Positions 1-8,017 of a DNA stretch of 64,000 nt are shown piece by piece. Position 1 is the stretch's first letter. Each line of letters starts with the position of its first letter. A model generated the notes under the pieces. That model was not told the origin of the DNA, did no database searches, and saw nothing but the letters and a program-made list of their open reading frames with translations. Where the stretch lies: assembly GCA_030632085.1 (NCBI GenBank), contig DAOVJY010000001.1, forward strand, positions 335,402 to 399,401, in the 5' to 3' direction. Source of the stretch: Candidatus Omnitrophota bacterium. GTDB taxonomy: Bacteria > Omnitrophota > Gorgyraeia > JAGLLT01. The translations under genes were made by a program, and so were the position numbers.

Positions 1-61
1 TTATACAGCTGATAATTTTATTCTCTAGATTATCAGCATCTATCTGCCAGCTTACACAGTA

Positions 62-96
62 TAATTCCGGTGACACAATACTTAATTATTTGATTC
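62..96 (+). repeat. REP-like element copy R1 (taattccggtgacacaatacttaattatttgattc); near-identical copies flank the RAYT gene at 44533-44568 and 45267-45292
   Basis: 34/36 nt identity to 44533-44568; also an inverted copy at 45267-45292. Confidence 0.6.
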
Positions 97-320
97 TAAA
101 AATTCAAGAATCAAAACCTACCCCTATTTTGCGTTCATCAGTCTCCACCCAAATATCAGTAACTATATCAAATAAATCCGCATTATCATAATCCGCCGGT
201 AGAACATTCCATGCTGGCTTATCAAACAAATTATAATTTTGTTTATGCTTCTAATATTAAAATCAGTGGCGGTGCCCGCAGCGCAAAGCGATGTGGGTAA
301 CAGTCCACTGAATTACTTTG

Positions 321-1118
321 TTAACTTTGATTGTTTAATCCTATTTCAATAATATTAATCCCAAATTTATCCTTTTTTACTTCTGCCTGATAAAGTTTTG
401 GTTGTATTTTCCGATCTGAAGTAAGTTTTTTAATCTGCTGCTTATATTCTTCCAATATCTTGCAGCCAAATATGACGCCTGTCAATAATTCTCCAGAGAA
501 ATTATATATTCCTGGTCCTTTATCGTGATTAATTATTCTCCATTCTTGTTCGTATTCCCAAATTTTTGATTTTGTTAATAAGGTTGTTTGCATTTGTTCA
601 TCTCTGGAACTATTGAAAAAATTTACTTTGGGGTATTTATCATTATACTTAACTTTCTGAGCGATTACAAAAAATGGACTATTAGATTGGAATTCAAGAC
701 AAAAACCAGTGTGCCCCTGTGCATAATGCGACCACAATAAAAGATGATCCTTTTTTTCCGACATACAAAAAACACCTATTTTATCAAGATAGGAATCAGA
801 TAAATTTTCAGGTATTCGTTTATGTCGTTCTTCTTTCAATATATTTGTTATTTTTTTTTCTTTTTGTTCAATACTTATTTGCGGTGCGTATCTGCAAAAA
901 AGATCTCCAAGATATTTTTTCCAGTCTTCGTTGCTACCGTCATAACATAGCTGAATTTTTGAATCAAAAGGGTCATTAAATTCCTTAGGGGAAGGGAATC
1001 TTAATTCATTATGGGTAAAAATTTTTTCAATAAATTTAAAATTTTCGTTATTAACTGAGTAATATTTATAAAAATAGGTTGGATTTGTCATTTGACTATC
1101 AGTATTTAATGTTTTCAT
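321..1118 (-). CDS. DUF2971 family protein (uncharacterised; candidate effector/toxin of the island)
   Basis: N-terminal YFYKYYS...NELRFPSPKEFNDPFD signature typical of DUF2971; 265 aa; last gene of the minus-strand cassette next to tRNA-Glu. Confidence 0.6.
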   Translation of the reverse strand: MKTLNTDSQMTNPTYFYKYYSVNNENFKFIEKIFTHNELRFPSPKEFNDPFDSKIQLCYDGSNEDWKKYLGDLFCRYAPQISIEQKEKKITNILKEERHKRIPENLSDSYLDKIGVFCMSEKKDHLLLWSHYAQGHTGFCLEFQSNSPFFVIAQKVKYNDKYPKVNFFNSSRDEQMQTTLLTKSKIWEYEQEWRIINHDKGPGIYNFSGELLTGVIFGCKILEEYKQQIKKLTSDRKIQPKLYQAEVKKDKFGINIIEIGLNNQS

Positions 1119-1193
1119 ATCGTTTTATTTTATGGCTAACAATTAATATACGAACTTCGTTTTTTAGGAATTTTAATATCATATACATATATT

Positions 1194-1403
1194 TTACCGT
1201 TGACCTTCTTTTTGCATTAATTCATCAAATTCTTCCCAAGAAAGATGGTGTCCATACGAACGATTGACTGGAACCCACTTAATACTCCCTTTGCTTATTT
1301 TTAAAGTTCCGCTCTTAACTTCGTTAGAGTAAATTTCAAATTCTACATCTTTATTTAACACTATTTTTTGTGGCATTGTAAAATAAATATCATGTTTTGC
1401 CAT
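1194..1403 (-). CDS. hypothetical small protein (69 aa), hydrophilic, no recognisable domain
   Basis: ORF between the Panacea gene and the DUF2971 gene, same strand, with its own ~200-nt upstream spacer. Confidence 0.4.
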   Translation of the reverse strand: MAKHDIYFTMPQKIVLNKDVEFEIYSNEVKSGTLKISKGSIKWVPVNRSYGHHLSWEEFDELMQKEGQR

Positions 1404-1605
1404 TGAACAATCTCCTTTTTAATTTTTTCACCTAACACTTTAAATCAACGGTGCGCTAGCATCCGCTGGATTGCTTTGTTAAATTTTTTAAAAGTTTTCT
1501 GGTAAACCTATCCTCGAAATGAATCAATGGGGTCAGGTCTCTATATTCCACACTTAATTGTTTTACTATCACATCGTGGATTTGATAGTCGCGGTTCCCT
1601 TTTAA

Positions 1606-2655
1606 CTATATGTCAAAAGATAATTCTTCGGCTAATGTATAAGAAATCTTCTGCCCTTCTACAGTGCTTTTGTATGGAACTTCTTCGTGAGAATATTCTG
1701 ATATTTCGCCACATTTAAATTTTTTGAATTTATTCAATACAAAATCCATAATTTCTATTTCATCATCAGAAAATATACTTTCATCACAACTAGCTGTGGA
1801 TTTGAGTTGTTCTCTTATTGCTTGATGAACAACAATTTCATCCTTGCCTATTAACACATCCCTCAACATAACGCTTATTATTAATTCATAATCATCAGCA
1901 GTAGGCCCATAAGAAGAATGGGTATATGAATTCCCGCTTATCGAAACAGAATAAACCCTATAACAAAGAAAGTCCATATACCACAGGAGTTTATTTATCT
2001 TCGTTCTATAAGTCTCGTGGAATCTTAAAATATATAAAATCATATTTTTAATTTTCTCTAGATCGAATTCTTTATATCCAGTGAATTCACCAATTTGCCG
2101 CTCCGAAAGAAACATTTGCTCTAAAGCTTTATTAAAATTAGGTTGGATTTCTTTTTGAATTAATTCATTGATTCGTTTCTTCAAGGCTTCGCCTACACGA
2201 GGAACTAATAGGTGAGCTTGTTTTTCGTAAATTTCTAATAGATTCTCCGGCTTAGCAATAAGTTTTAATACTTCATCATGGACTTCATCTTGTAAATTTC
2301 CCGACTCATATCTATGTATAGTTATTTCCCCCCACCCCAAAAGCTTACTTAAAGCTCTTTGACTTAAACCATAACGATCTCTAATTTCTTGGATTTGTAA
2401 TGGAGTAAGCAAATTATGAATTTTCCTATATTCTAAATATGCAATTTCAAGATTCTTCTCATCTAATGCTTCAACAAATGATTCTTCGTTACATGCTTTA
2501 CATATCATAACGGAAGCATTGACTTTCACATCCTCCCCCCTAACATTGAACAATTCTACTTTTGAAATAATTTGTCCATCAGTCATCTTATTACAATGTG
2601 CGCAATATATTTTTTCATTCATCACATTCTCACCTCCCTTTTCAATTTCCATCAA
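1606..2655 (-). CDS. MqsA-like antitoxin (zinc ribbon + XRE/HigA-type HTH) fused to a C-terminal Panacea (DUF4065) domain
   Basis: N-term CxxC...CxxC ribbon and YGLSQRALSKLLGWGEITIHRYESG HTH resemble E. coli MqsA; C-terminal KLLWYMDFLCYRVY...SYGP region matches the Panacea/SocA-like domain; 16 nt downstream of the MqsR-like ORF. Confidence 0.65.
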   Translation of the reverse strand: MMEIEKGGENVMNEKIYCAHCNKMTDGQIISKVELFNVRGEDVKVNASVMICKACNEESFVEALDEKNLEIAYLEYRKIHNLLTPLQIQEIRDRYGLSQRALSKLLGWGEITIHRYESGNLQDEVHDEVLKLIAKPENLLEIYEKQAHLLVPRVGEALKKRINELIQKEIQPNFNKALEQMFLSERQIGEFTGYKEFDLEKIKNMILYILRFHETYRTKINKLLWYMDFLCYRVYSVSISGNSYTHSSYGPTADDYELIISVMLRDVLIGKDEIVVHQAIREQLKSTASCDESIFSDDEIEIMDFVLNKFKKFKCGEISEYSHEEVPYKSTVEGQKISYTLAEELSFDI

Positions 2656-2671
2656 CGCAATTACAAAACTA

Positions 2672-3019
2672 TTAAGTTGTTTTATGCGGATATTTAATTG
2701 GATAAGTCGCTATATGAAAAGAAATGCATTTAGCTCTATTAAAACTAAAATCGTCACTTAACTTAATATAAATTTCTTCCCCTTGGACATGAATTCCAAA
2801 TTGCCATACCATATTGCCTTGCCTATCTTTATCTTTTTCTGGTCCACTTATGTAATCTTTATAGGTTAGTTGAGCAAATAAGGTTTTTACATACGATATT
2901 TTAATCCCTAAGTATAAAACTGTATCTAAATTCTTTTTGCGCTTGATAAAGACAAATTCCTGGAGTAAAACATACTTGAATTTTTTTAGAAAAACTGTGA
3001 TTTCTTGAGGGGTAGTCAA
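2672..3019 (-). CDS. MqsR-family type II toxin (mRNA interferase)-like protein; probable TTG start
   Basis: LTYKDY..MVWQ...GEEIYIKL pattern aligns to E. coli MqsR D(F)YKS...WQ...GQVYLKI; AGGAGA RBS 5 nt upstream of TTG; immediately precedes the MqsA-like gene. Confidence 0.5.
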   Translation of the reverse strand: MTTPQEITVFLKKFKYVLLQEFVFIKRKKNLDTVLYLGIKISYVKTLFAQLTYKDYISGPEKDKDRQGNMVWQFGIHVQGEEIYIKLSDDFSFNRAKCISFHIATYPIKYPHKTT

Positions 3020-3038
3020 TCATATCTCCTATTGAATA

Positions 3039-3075
3039 TTATCATATGATAACACTTTTGTCAAATCTGTCAAGT
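3039..3075 (-). promoter_or_regulatory. Promoter/operator of the MqsR-like/MqsA-Panacea operon: perfect 14-nt palindrome TTATCATATGATAA (3039-3052) overlapping a -10-like region, with TTGACA-like hexamers at 3059-3064 and 3068-3073 (minus strand)
   Basis: palindrome and hexamers read directly from the sequence ~20-55 nt upstream of the TTG start. Confidence 0.4.
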
Positions 3076-3251
3076 ACTTTTTTTGGCCTTTAATTTTCGC
3101 ACTTGTGATTACAATTTACACAAAACTTCTTCGCCTACTCTTTAAATGCACAAAAAAGGGGAAGTTACCCCGCACTATACGATGCGAAACAACTCCCCTA
3201 AATTCATGGAACTCCTTGTAATCATTTAAATTACAAAAGTATCCGTAGTGA

Positions 3252-3329
3252 TGGTAGCCCCAACGGGATTTGAACCCGTGTCACCGGAATGAGAATCCGA
3301 CATCCTAGACCGAGCTAGACGATGGGGCC
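3252..3329 (-). tRNA. tRNA-Glu (anticodon CUC)
   Basis: cloverleaf by eye: acceptor GGCCCCA/TGGGGCT, anticodon stem TCGGA/TCCGG, loop TTCTCAT, T-arm ACGGG-TTCAAAT-CCCGT, encoded CCA. Confidence 0.8.
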
Positions 3330-3377
3330 AATTGAGCTGAAATACTATCAAAATAACTTTTTAGTGTCAATCTAATT

Positions 3378-3683
3378 CTAGAAACCCATACCCGGAAGAT
3401 TTAATCCCCCCATATTCTGCTTCATTTTATCCAACATAAGAGCTTTAATCTTAGCAGAAGCTTCATTTATGCACTCTCGAATAGCATTTTCTAAAATTGT
3501 TTTTTTATCTTCAATTAAGAGTTCACTCTCTATATTAATGCTCTTTAATACGTTATCTCCTGTAAACGACATCTTTATCTTGCCGCCTAATTTCTCAACA
3601 TCAATAATAGAGTTTTCTAAATCCCTCTTCATATCTTTGGCTTTTCTCTGCATATCCATTAGCTGTTTCATTTTATCAAACAT
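3378..3683 (-). CDS. ybaB: YbaB/EbfC family nucleoid-associated protein
   Basis: MFDKMKQLMDMQRK... and C-terminal GGLNLPGMGF typical of YbaB. Confidence 0.8.
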   Translation of the reverse strand: MFDKMKQLMDMQRKAKDMKRDLENSIIDVEKLGGKIKMSFTGDNVLKSINIESELLIEDKKTILENAIRECINEASAKIKALMLDKMKQNMGGLNLPGMGF

Positions 3684-3694
3684 CTTCTTCTCCT

Positions 3695-4141
3695 TTAAAT
3701 ATCTTTTTCAGTAATTACTTTTATCCCGTTTTTTAAAAGATAAGCGCAGGTAACGCCATTGCCTTCTCTTAGCTTACCTGAAAAACTACCATCATATATC
3801 TGCCCTAAGCCGCAGGCAGCACTTTCAGCTTTTAGTATGGCTTTTTTTATCTTATACTTTTTGGCAATAGCCAGGACAATCTTGGCTCCATCAATAAAGC
3901 TTTTAGTAACATCAGCGCCTTCTTTGTTGTAAACTTTGGCTTTTGAATCAAGAACATCTTCACCCGTAGCATTTTTAATTTCAGAAGGTAGTCTGGGTGT
4001 GGATAATCCACCTAACTCCTCCGGGCAAACACATACAGCCTTGCCCTCTTCAAGAAGTTTCTTTATCTTTTTATTGAGTTTGCTTTTGCCATCATAGCGG
4101 CAGTTTATACCGGCTAAACAGGCGCTAACTAATACTTTCAT
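3695..4141 (-). CDS. DUF523 (TudS-like) domain protein
   Basis: MKVLVSACLAGINCRYDG N-terminus characteristic of DUF523. Confidence 0.65.
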   Translation of the reverse strand: MKVLVSACLAGINCRYDGKSKLNKKIKKLLEEGKAVCVCPEELGGLSTPRLPSEIKNATGEDVLDSKAKVYNKEGADVTKSFIDGAKIVLAIAKKYKIKKAILKAESAACGLGQIYDGSFSGKLREGNGVTCAYLLKNGIKVITEKDI

Positions 4142-4656
4142 TTTATCTGCCTAAAATAAACCTCTCTGATTTCATTTAGCACTTTACAATATTCTTTAGT
4201 GGCATAATCGGGATAAGTCCAGTCCCAGGTAGTGAAGCCCCCATCCTTATACCTGAGGGCGCATTCCGCAAAAATACCCTTTTTTAGATATATCCTCTGC
4301 TGCTGATTCTTAGTGGTGGCCAGAATAAATTTACCCAGGCTTAAATAACCCGGGTCTATATTTATTTTTCTCTTATTATTAATTCTAAACCTATTCTCGA
4401 GCTTATTAGAGTATAACTTTATCCCTGCTATTGTATCACGATTTAAAAGTTTTTTAAAAGCATAAAATTGCCTTATTAAATTAGCCCCCATTTCAAGGGT
4501 ATAATAATCAGTCACTAATTTTAAATCATAACTTTCATAATCAAGAGGGCCAAACTTCTTTGCTAAGGCTGTTTTTACCTTTTTGATTATCTCAATATCC
4601 CGGCTAAAGACGGATATTACCAGTTTTACCTTATCAGTTGACTTTACATTTCCCAT
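4138..4656 (-). CDS. DUF4416 family protein
   Basis: FxxTDYYxxEMG motif region. Confidence 0.5.
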   Translation of the reverse strand: MGNVKSTDKVKLVISVFSRDIEIIKKVKTALAKKFGPLDYESYDLKLVTDYYTLEMGANLIRQFYAFKKLLNRDTIAGIKLYSNKLENRFRINNKRKINIDPGYLSLGKFILATTKNQQQRIYLKKGIFAECALRYKDGGFTTWDWTYPDYATKEYCKVLNEIREVYFRQIK

Positions 4657-5299
4657 TTATAATTCCTTTAAGCGGGCAATTATCACAAAGAGGTTTCGGT
4701 TTGCAGTAATTTTTACCCAAATTGACTATTAAGGCATGATATTCATTAAATAGTTGATATCTCTCTTTAAGATGCTTACAAAAAATGCCCTGGATTTCAT
4801 CATATTCGATATCTTTTTTGCAAATACCCAACCTCGAAAATATCCTTTTAGTATAGGCGTCAATTACAAAGACTGTTTTTTTACCCGCATAACACATTAT
4901 TGAGTCGGCTGTCTCCTTGCCGACACCGTTAACACTTAAGAGTTTCTTTCTTAAATTTTTATCAGGTTCCAAAAACATCTTTTTCAGAGAACCATTATAT
5001 TCGCTGAAGATAAAATTTATCAGGTTCTTCAGGCGTTTAGCTTTTATATTATAATATCCACTGGGCCTAATAAGCTTAGCCAGTTTATTCAAGTTTACTT
5101 CCTTTAAAGCTTTTAAGCTTAATATCTTTTCCTTTTTTAAATTGCTGATGGCTATTTCGACATTAGCCCAGTTAGTATTCTGAGTAAGAACCGCCCCCAC
5201 CATAATCTCTAAAGGGCTATCCCCCGGCCACCAGTCTTGGGGGCCAAAGGCCTGATACATTCTCTTAAAAGCAGAAGAAATTATTTGTGATGTTCCCAT
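4634..5299 (-). CDS. Endonuclease III-like HhH-GPD DNA glycosylase with a C-terminal Fe-S cysteine cluster
   Basis: LSVNGVGKETAD helix-hairpin-helix and CKPKPLCDNCPL cluster. Confidence 0.7.
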   Translation of the reverse strand: MGTSQIISSAFKRMYQAFGPQDWWPGDSPLEIMVGAVLTQNTNWANVEIAISNLKKEKILSLKALKEVNLNKLAKLIRPSGYYNIKAKRLKNLINFIFSEYNGSLKKMFLEPDKNLRKKLLSVNGVGKETADSIMCYAGKKTVFVIDAYTKRIFSRLGICKKDIEYDEIQGIFCKHLKERYQLFNEYHALIVNLGKNYCKPKPLCDNCPLKGIINGKCKVN

Positions 5300-5967
5300 G
5301 GCATTATTATATCAAAATCCCGCTTGATTCCTTTATTTGGAAAAAATAAATAGATTATGCCCAGTCCGGCTAAAAAACCGCCTATATGGGCCAAGAAAGC
5401 TATCTGATGCGCTGAAGGATTAGCCGCGTAAAGTAACTGAAAAGCAAACCAGATGATTAAAAAGAAGGTTGAAGGAATCCAGACAAAACGGATAATAAAA
5501 AATATAGGCACGATAGTTAAAACCCTAACTTCAGGATACAACAAAAAATAGGCTCCTAAAATACCCGATATCGCTCCACTGGCCCCTAAAACAGGAATAT
5601 GCGAACCATGATAAATAACTGAATGCAATGATACTGCCGCCAGGCCGCAGATAATATAAAACACCAGATATCTAAAATGCCCCAAGGCATCTTCTATATC
5701 ATCTCCGAAAATCCAGAGAAAAATCATGTTTCCTAACAAATGCCAGATGCCGGCGTGTAAAAACATTGAGGTAAATAAAGTTATATAAACTTCCCGGCTT
5801 TGCGGATGAAAAATATTATATGGAGTAACCGAGAAATCATATGTCAGCATTTTCCCGAACTCGCCGCTTAATATCTGAACTAAAAACACAGCCGCATTTA
5901 TAGCGATTAAAACTACAGTCACATACGGAAAGCTCTTTAAGTAATTATCATCTTTTATGGGTATCAT
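5281..5967 (-). CDS. Rhomboid family intramembrane serine protease
   Basis: multi-TM; GASGAISG catalytic Ser motif and downstream AHIGG. Confidence 0.8.
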   Translation of the reverse strand: MIPIKDDNYLKSFPYVTVVLIAINAAVFLVQILSGEFGKMLTYDFSVTPYNIFHPQSREVYITLFTSMFLHAGIWHLLGNMIFLWIFGDDIEDALGHFRYLVFYIICGLAAVSLHSVIYHGSHIPVLGASGAISGILGAYFLLYPEVRVLTIVPIFFIIRFVWIPSTFFLIIWFAFQLLYAANPSAHQIAFLAHIGGFLAGLGIIYLFFPNKGIKRDFDIIMPWEHHK

Positions 5968-6433
5968 TTTTATCTATCCACTTTTTCTTAAATTCCCTGG
6001 TTATCACATCTAATTCTTCATCATCTAAATGGTGCTTTTCATAAGATGCCTTGGGCCTTGCGGCCTTCATCTTTTTTAGAAAACCCGCCGTAGAGACATG
6101 CTTGGCGTTTAAGTTTCTTATCTTTGTGCCAATGGCTTTATCATCAGTAACTACCCTAACGCTTTTAGGATTATCCATTTTTGAAACTAAACGAATTATT
6201 AAGTTATCAGCCGACTCCCCTTCGGAAAATAATACAATAAAATCAGTATTGTGCGGCGGAGCGACTACATCGTGGCGGCCGTCAAAGACAACTGTTACTT
6301 TATTTTTCCCGCAGAGATTGTTTAACTTTATTATTTCAAGTAAGTTTTCCCTGGCTTGCTGCAGGCTTAAACCTTCAAGCTCCGGGATTTTATGCATCAG
6401 ATTATAACCGTCAATCACATAACACAAAGACAT
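5948..6433 (-). CDS. NYN domain protein (YacP/Rae1-like RNase)
   Basis: CYVIDGYNLMHK...VVFDG NYN/YacP signature. Confidence 0.7.
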   Translation of the reverse strand: MSLCYVIDGYNLMHKIPELEGLSLQQARENLLEIIKLNNLCGKNKVTVVFDGRHDVVAPPHNTDFIVLFSEGESADNLIIRLVSKMDNPKSVRVVTDDKAIGTKIRNLNAKHVSTAGFLKKMKAARPKASYEKHHLDDEELDVITREFKKKWIDKNDTHKR

Positions 6434-6434
6434 C

Positions 6435-7391
6435 TTACTTTTTCCTTTTAAAATAATCTTCTATAATTTTTCTGTGATCAAAGGCGACTTCAGCCGGTAA
6501 ATTGTCTTTTGAAAAAAACTTAGCATCCTTGGCATCGCTATCCGCCTTAGGCTCTTTATCGGTCGTAGCCGTAAAAACAACTGAGATTGTATGAAATCTC
6601 GGATCCCTCTCGGGCTCTGAATAAACATGAAATTGCTTCAAATTTTCCACCTTCAGGTGAGTTTCTTCTTCTGCTTCCCTTAAAGCCCCGGTTTCCACCG
6701 ATTCACCCACTTCACAAAAACCTCCGGGTAAGGCCCAGCCAAAGGGAGGATTTTTTCTTTCGATTAGGACAATCCCTTGGCCATTATCAATAATTATATC
6801 AACTGTAGGTATAGGATTTCTGTTTAACTTCTCCACCGTCCTCACAAAGCGCTCGGTAACTATATCAGAAAAAACCTTAAAAGCCTTATATGTGTATAAA
6901 ACAAAATAGACTTTCTCTAAATTATGATTCCACTGGGCATAATGGATAACTTCTTCCAACATAATCCTGGCTGCTTTATCTAAAGGAAACCTTCCTACTC
7001 CGCAACCCAAGGCACAAAAGGCAAGTGATTTAATATCCTTTTCTTTTGTAATTTCTAAGGTGGCCCTGGTAACTTTTCTAATAATATCCTGATTAGTTTT
7101 AAAGTCCCCGCCTGCGCCAACGCTATGGCGGGCAGGCATAGCCATAGTAGCCGCGTGAATGACATATTTGGCTTTTAGCTTACCGGCCGTGGTTATGGCT
7201 GCGCCGCCTACTTCAATGGGCCCAATTTTATCGGCTTCTTTTTGAATAGCCGAACCACCCTTTTTCGATATCTCTCCGGCAACACCGCCGCCCATCTGAA
7301 GCCGGTTATTAGCCGCGTTAACTATGGCTTCGGCTTCTATCTGAGTAATATCACCTTTTATAACTTCTAACTCCGTATTTTCAATTTTCAT
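6435..7391 (-). CDS. Macro domain (ADP-ribose/O-acetyl-ADP-ribose processing) fused to a NUDIX hydrolase
   Basis: N-term IVNAANNRLQMGGGVAGEI macro motif; C-term GGFCEVGESVETGALREAEEETHL Nudix box. Confidence 0.8.
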   Translation of the reverse strand: MKIENTELEVIKGDITQIEAEAIVNAANNRLQMGGGVAGEISKKGGSAIQKEADKIGPIEVGGAAITTAGKLKAKYVIHAATMAMPARHSVGAGGDFKTNQDIIRKVTRATLEITKEKDIKSLAFCALGCGVGRFPLDKAARIMLEEVIHYAQWNHNLEKVYFVLYTYKAFKVFSDIVTERFVRTVEKLNRNPIPTVDIIIDNGQGIVLIERKNPPFGWALPGGFCEVGESVETGALREAEEETHLKVENLKQFHVYSEPERDPRFHTISVVFTATTDKEPKADSDAKDAKFFSKDNLPAEVAFDHRKIIEDYFKRKK

Positions 7392-7395
7392 CTAT

Positions 7396-7911
7396 TCACC
7401 TTTCCAGTAACTTTCTGCAATTTCTGCAAAAACGTGTTTTTTTATAATCGACATCTTTAATATCTAAAGAAAGACTCATAACACAAAACTTATCCTGACA
7501 GTGCCCCAAATTAAATAAATGGCCCAGTTCATGAAGAGCTTCTTTTAAAAGCCGGCTTAAAAAAAGTCCCGCGTTTTGACCTTTTAAACGGTGGGTTGAA
7601 ACAACCGCCGTCCGCGCTCCTCTTCTTTCGCTCAAGCCGAAGATAAACTCCGCTTGCGGCCGGTATATATCTATATCAGTCAAAAAGAGTTCTTTCTTTT
7701 TATGAGACCTTGATAAACTTTTAGGTAAATAATCTAATAAAACTTCAGCATTACATTGCCGGCGCTTAAAATTATAAGCCGCCTGAAGCCGACAATCATC
7801 ATTACCTAAAAATAAAACTGAAATCTCATTTAAAGATTCCAAAAGTTTAAAATTAACTTCTTGAGCTAAGAGGCATAAAAACTTATCTGCGTCTTTTAGG
7901 GTATTTATCAT
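7396..7911 (-). CDS. Archaemetzincin-like zinc metalloprotease
   Basis: HELGHLFNLGHCQDKFCVMS...CRNC matches HExxHxxGxxHCxxxxCxM...CxxC. Confidence 0.7.
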   Translation of the reverse strand: MINTLKDADKFLCLLAQEVNFKLLESLNEISVLFLGNDDCRLQAAYNFKRRQCNAEVLLDYLPKSLSRSHKKKELFLTDIDIYRPQAEFIFGLSERRGARTAVVSTHRLKGQNAGLFLSRLLKEALHELGHLFNLGHCQDKFCVMSLSLDIKDVDYKKTRFCRNCRKLLER

Positions 7912-8017
7912 ATGCGTATATTATAACACCTTTGAGAGACACCTTTCAACCGGATAACAAAATAGGATTTTTTGCCCTGGCTATTGACATTATAGCCATA
8001 GTCGTGTAATTATTGAA

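Noticed and set aside
100-250. Possible small minus-strand ORF (~41-48 codons, DYDNADLFDIVTDIWVETDERK...) at the window edge
   Set aside because: No ATG start (only a possible TTG), below size threshold, and no recognisable motif. Possibly a gene fragment, but unsupported.
1-320. attL/attR direct repeat of the tRNA-Glu 3' end bounding the island
   Set aside because: No direct copy of the tRNA 3' terminus was found at the distal end. Only a 13-nt internal inverted match exists, within the REP-like element, so a classical integrase att duplication is not supported.
719-979. Plus-strand 86-aa ORF (and similar ORFs at 1079-1267, 1527-1718, 2519-2761, 3469-3714, 6051-6407, 6587-6793)
   Set aside because: They lie antisense and fully embedded in well-supported minus-strand genes. 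They are low-complexity and hydrophobic translations typical of AT-rich shadow ORFs.
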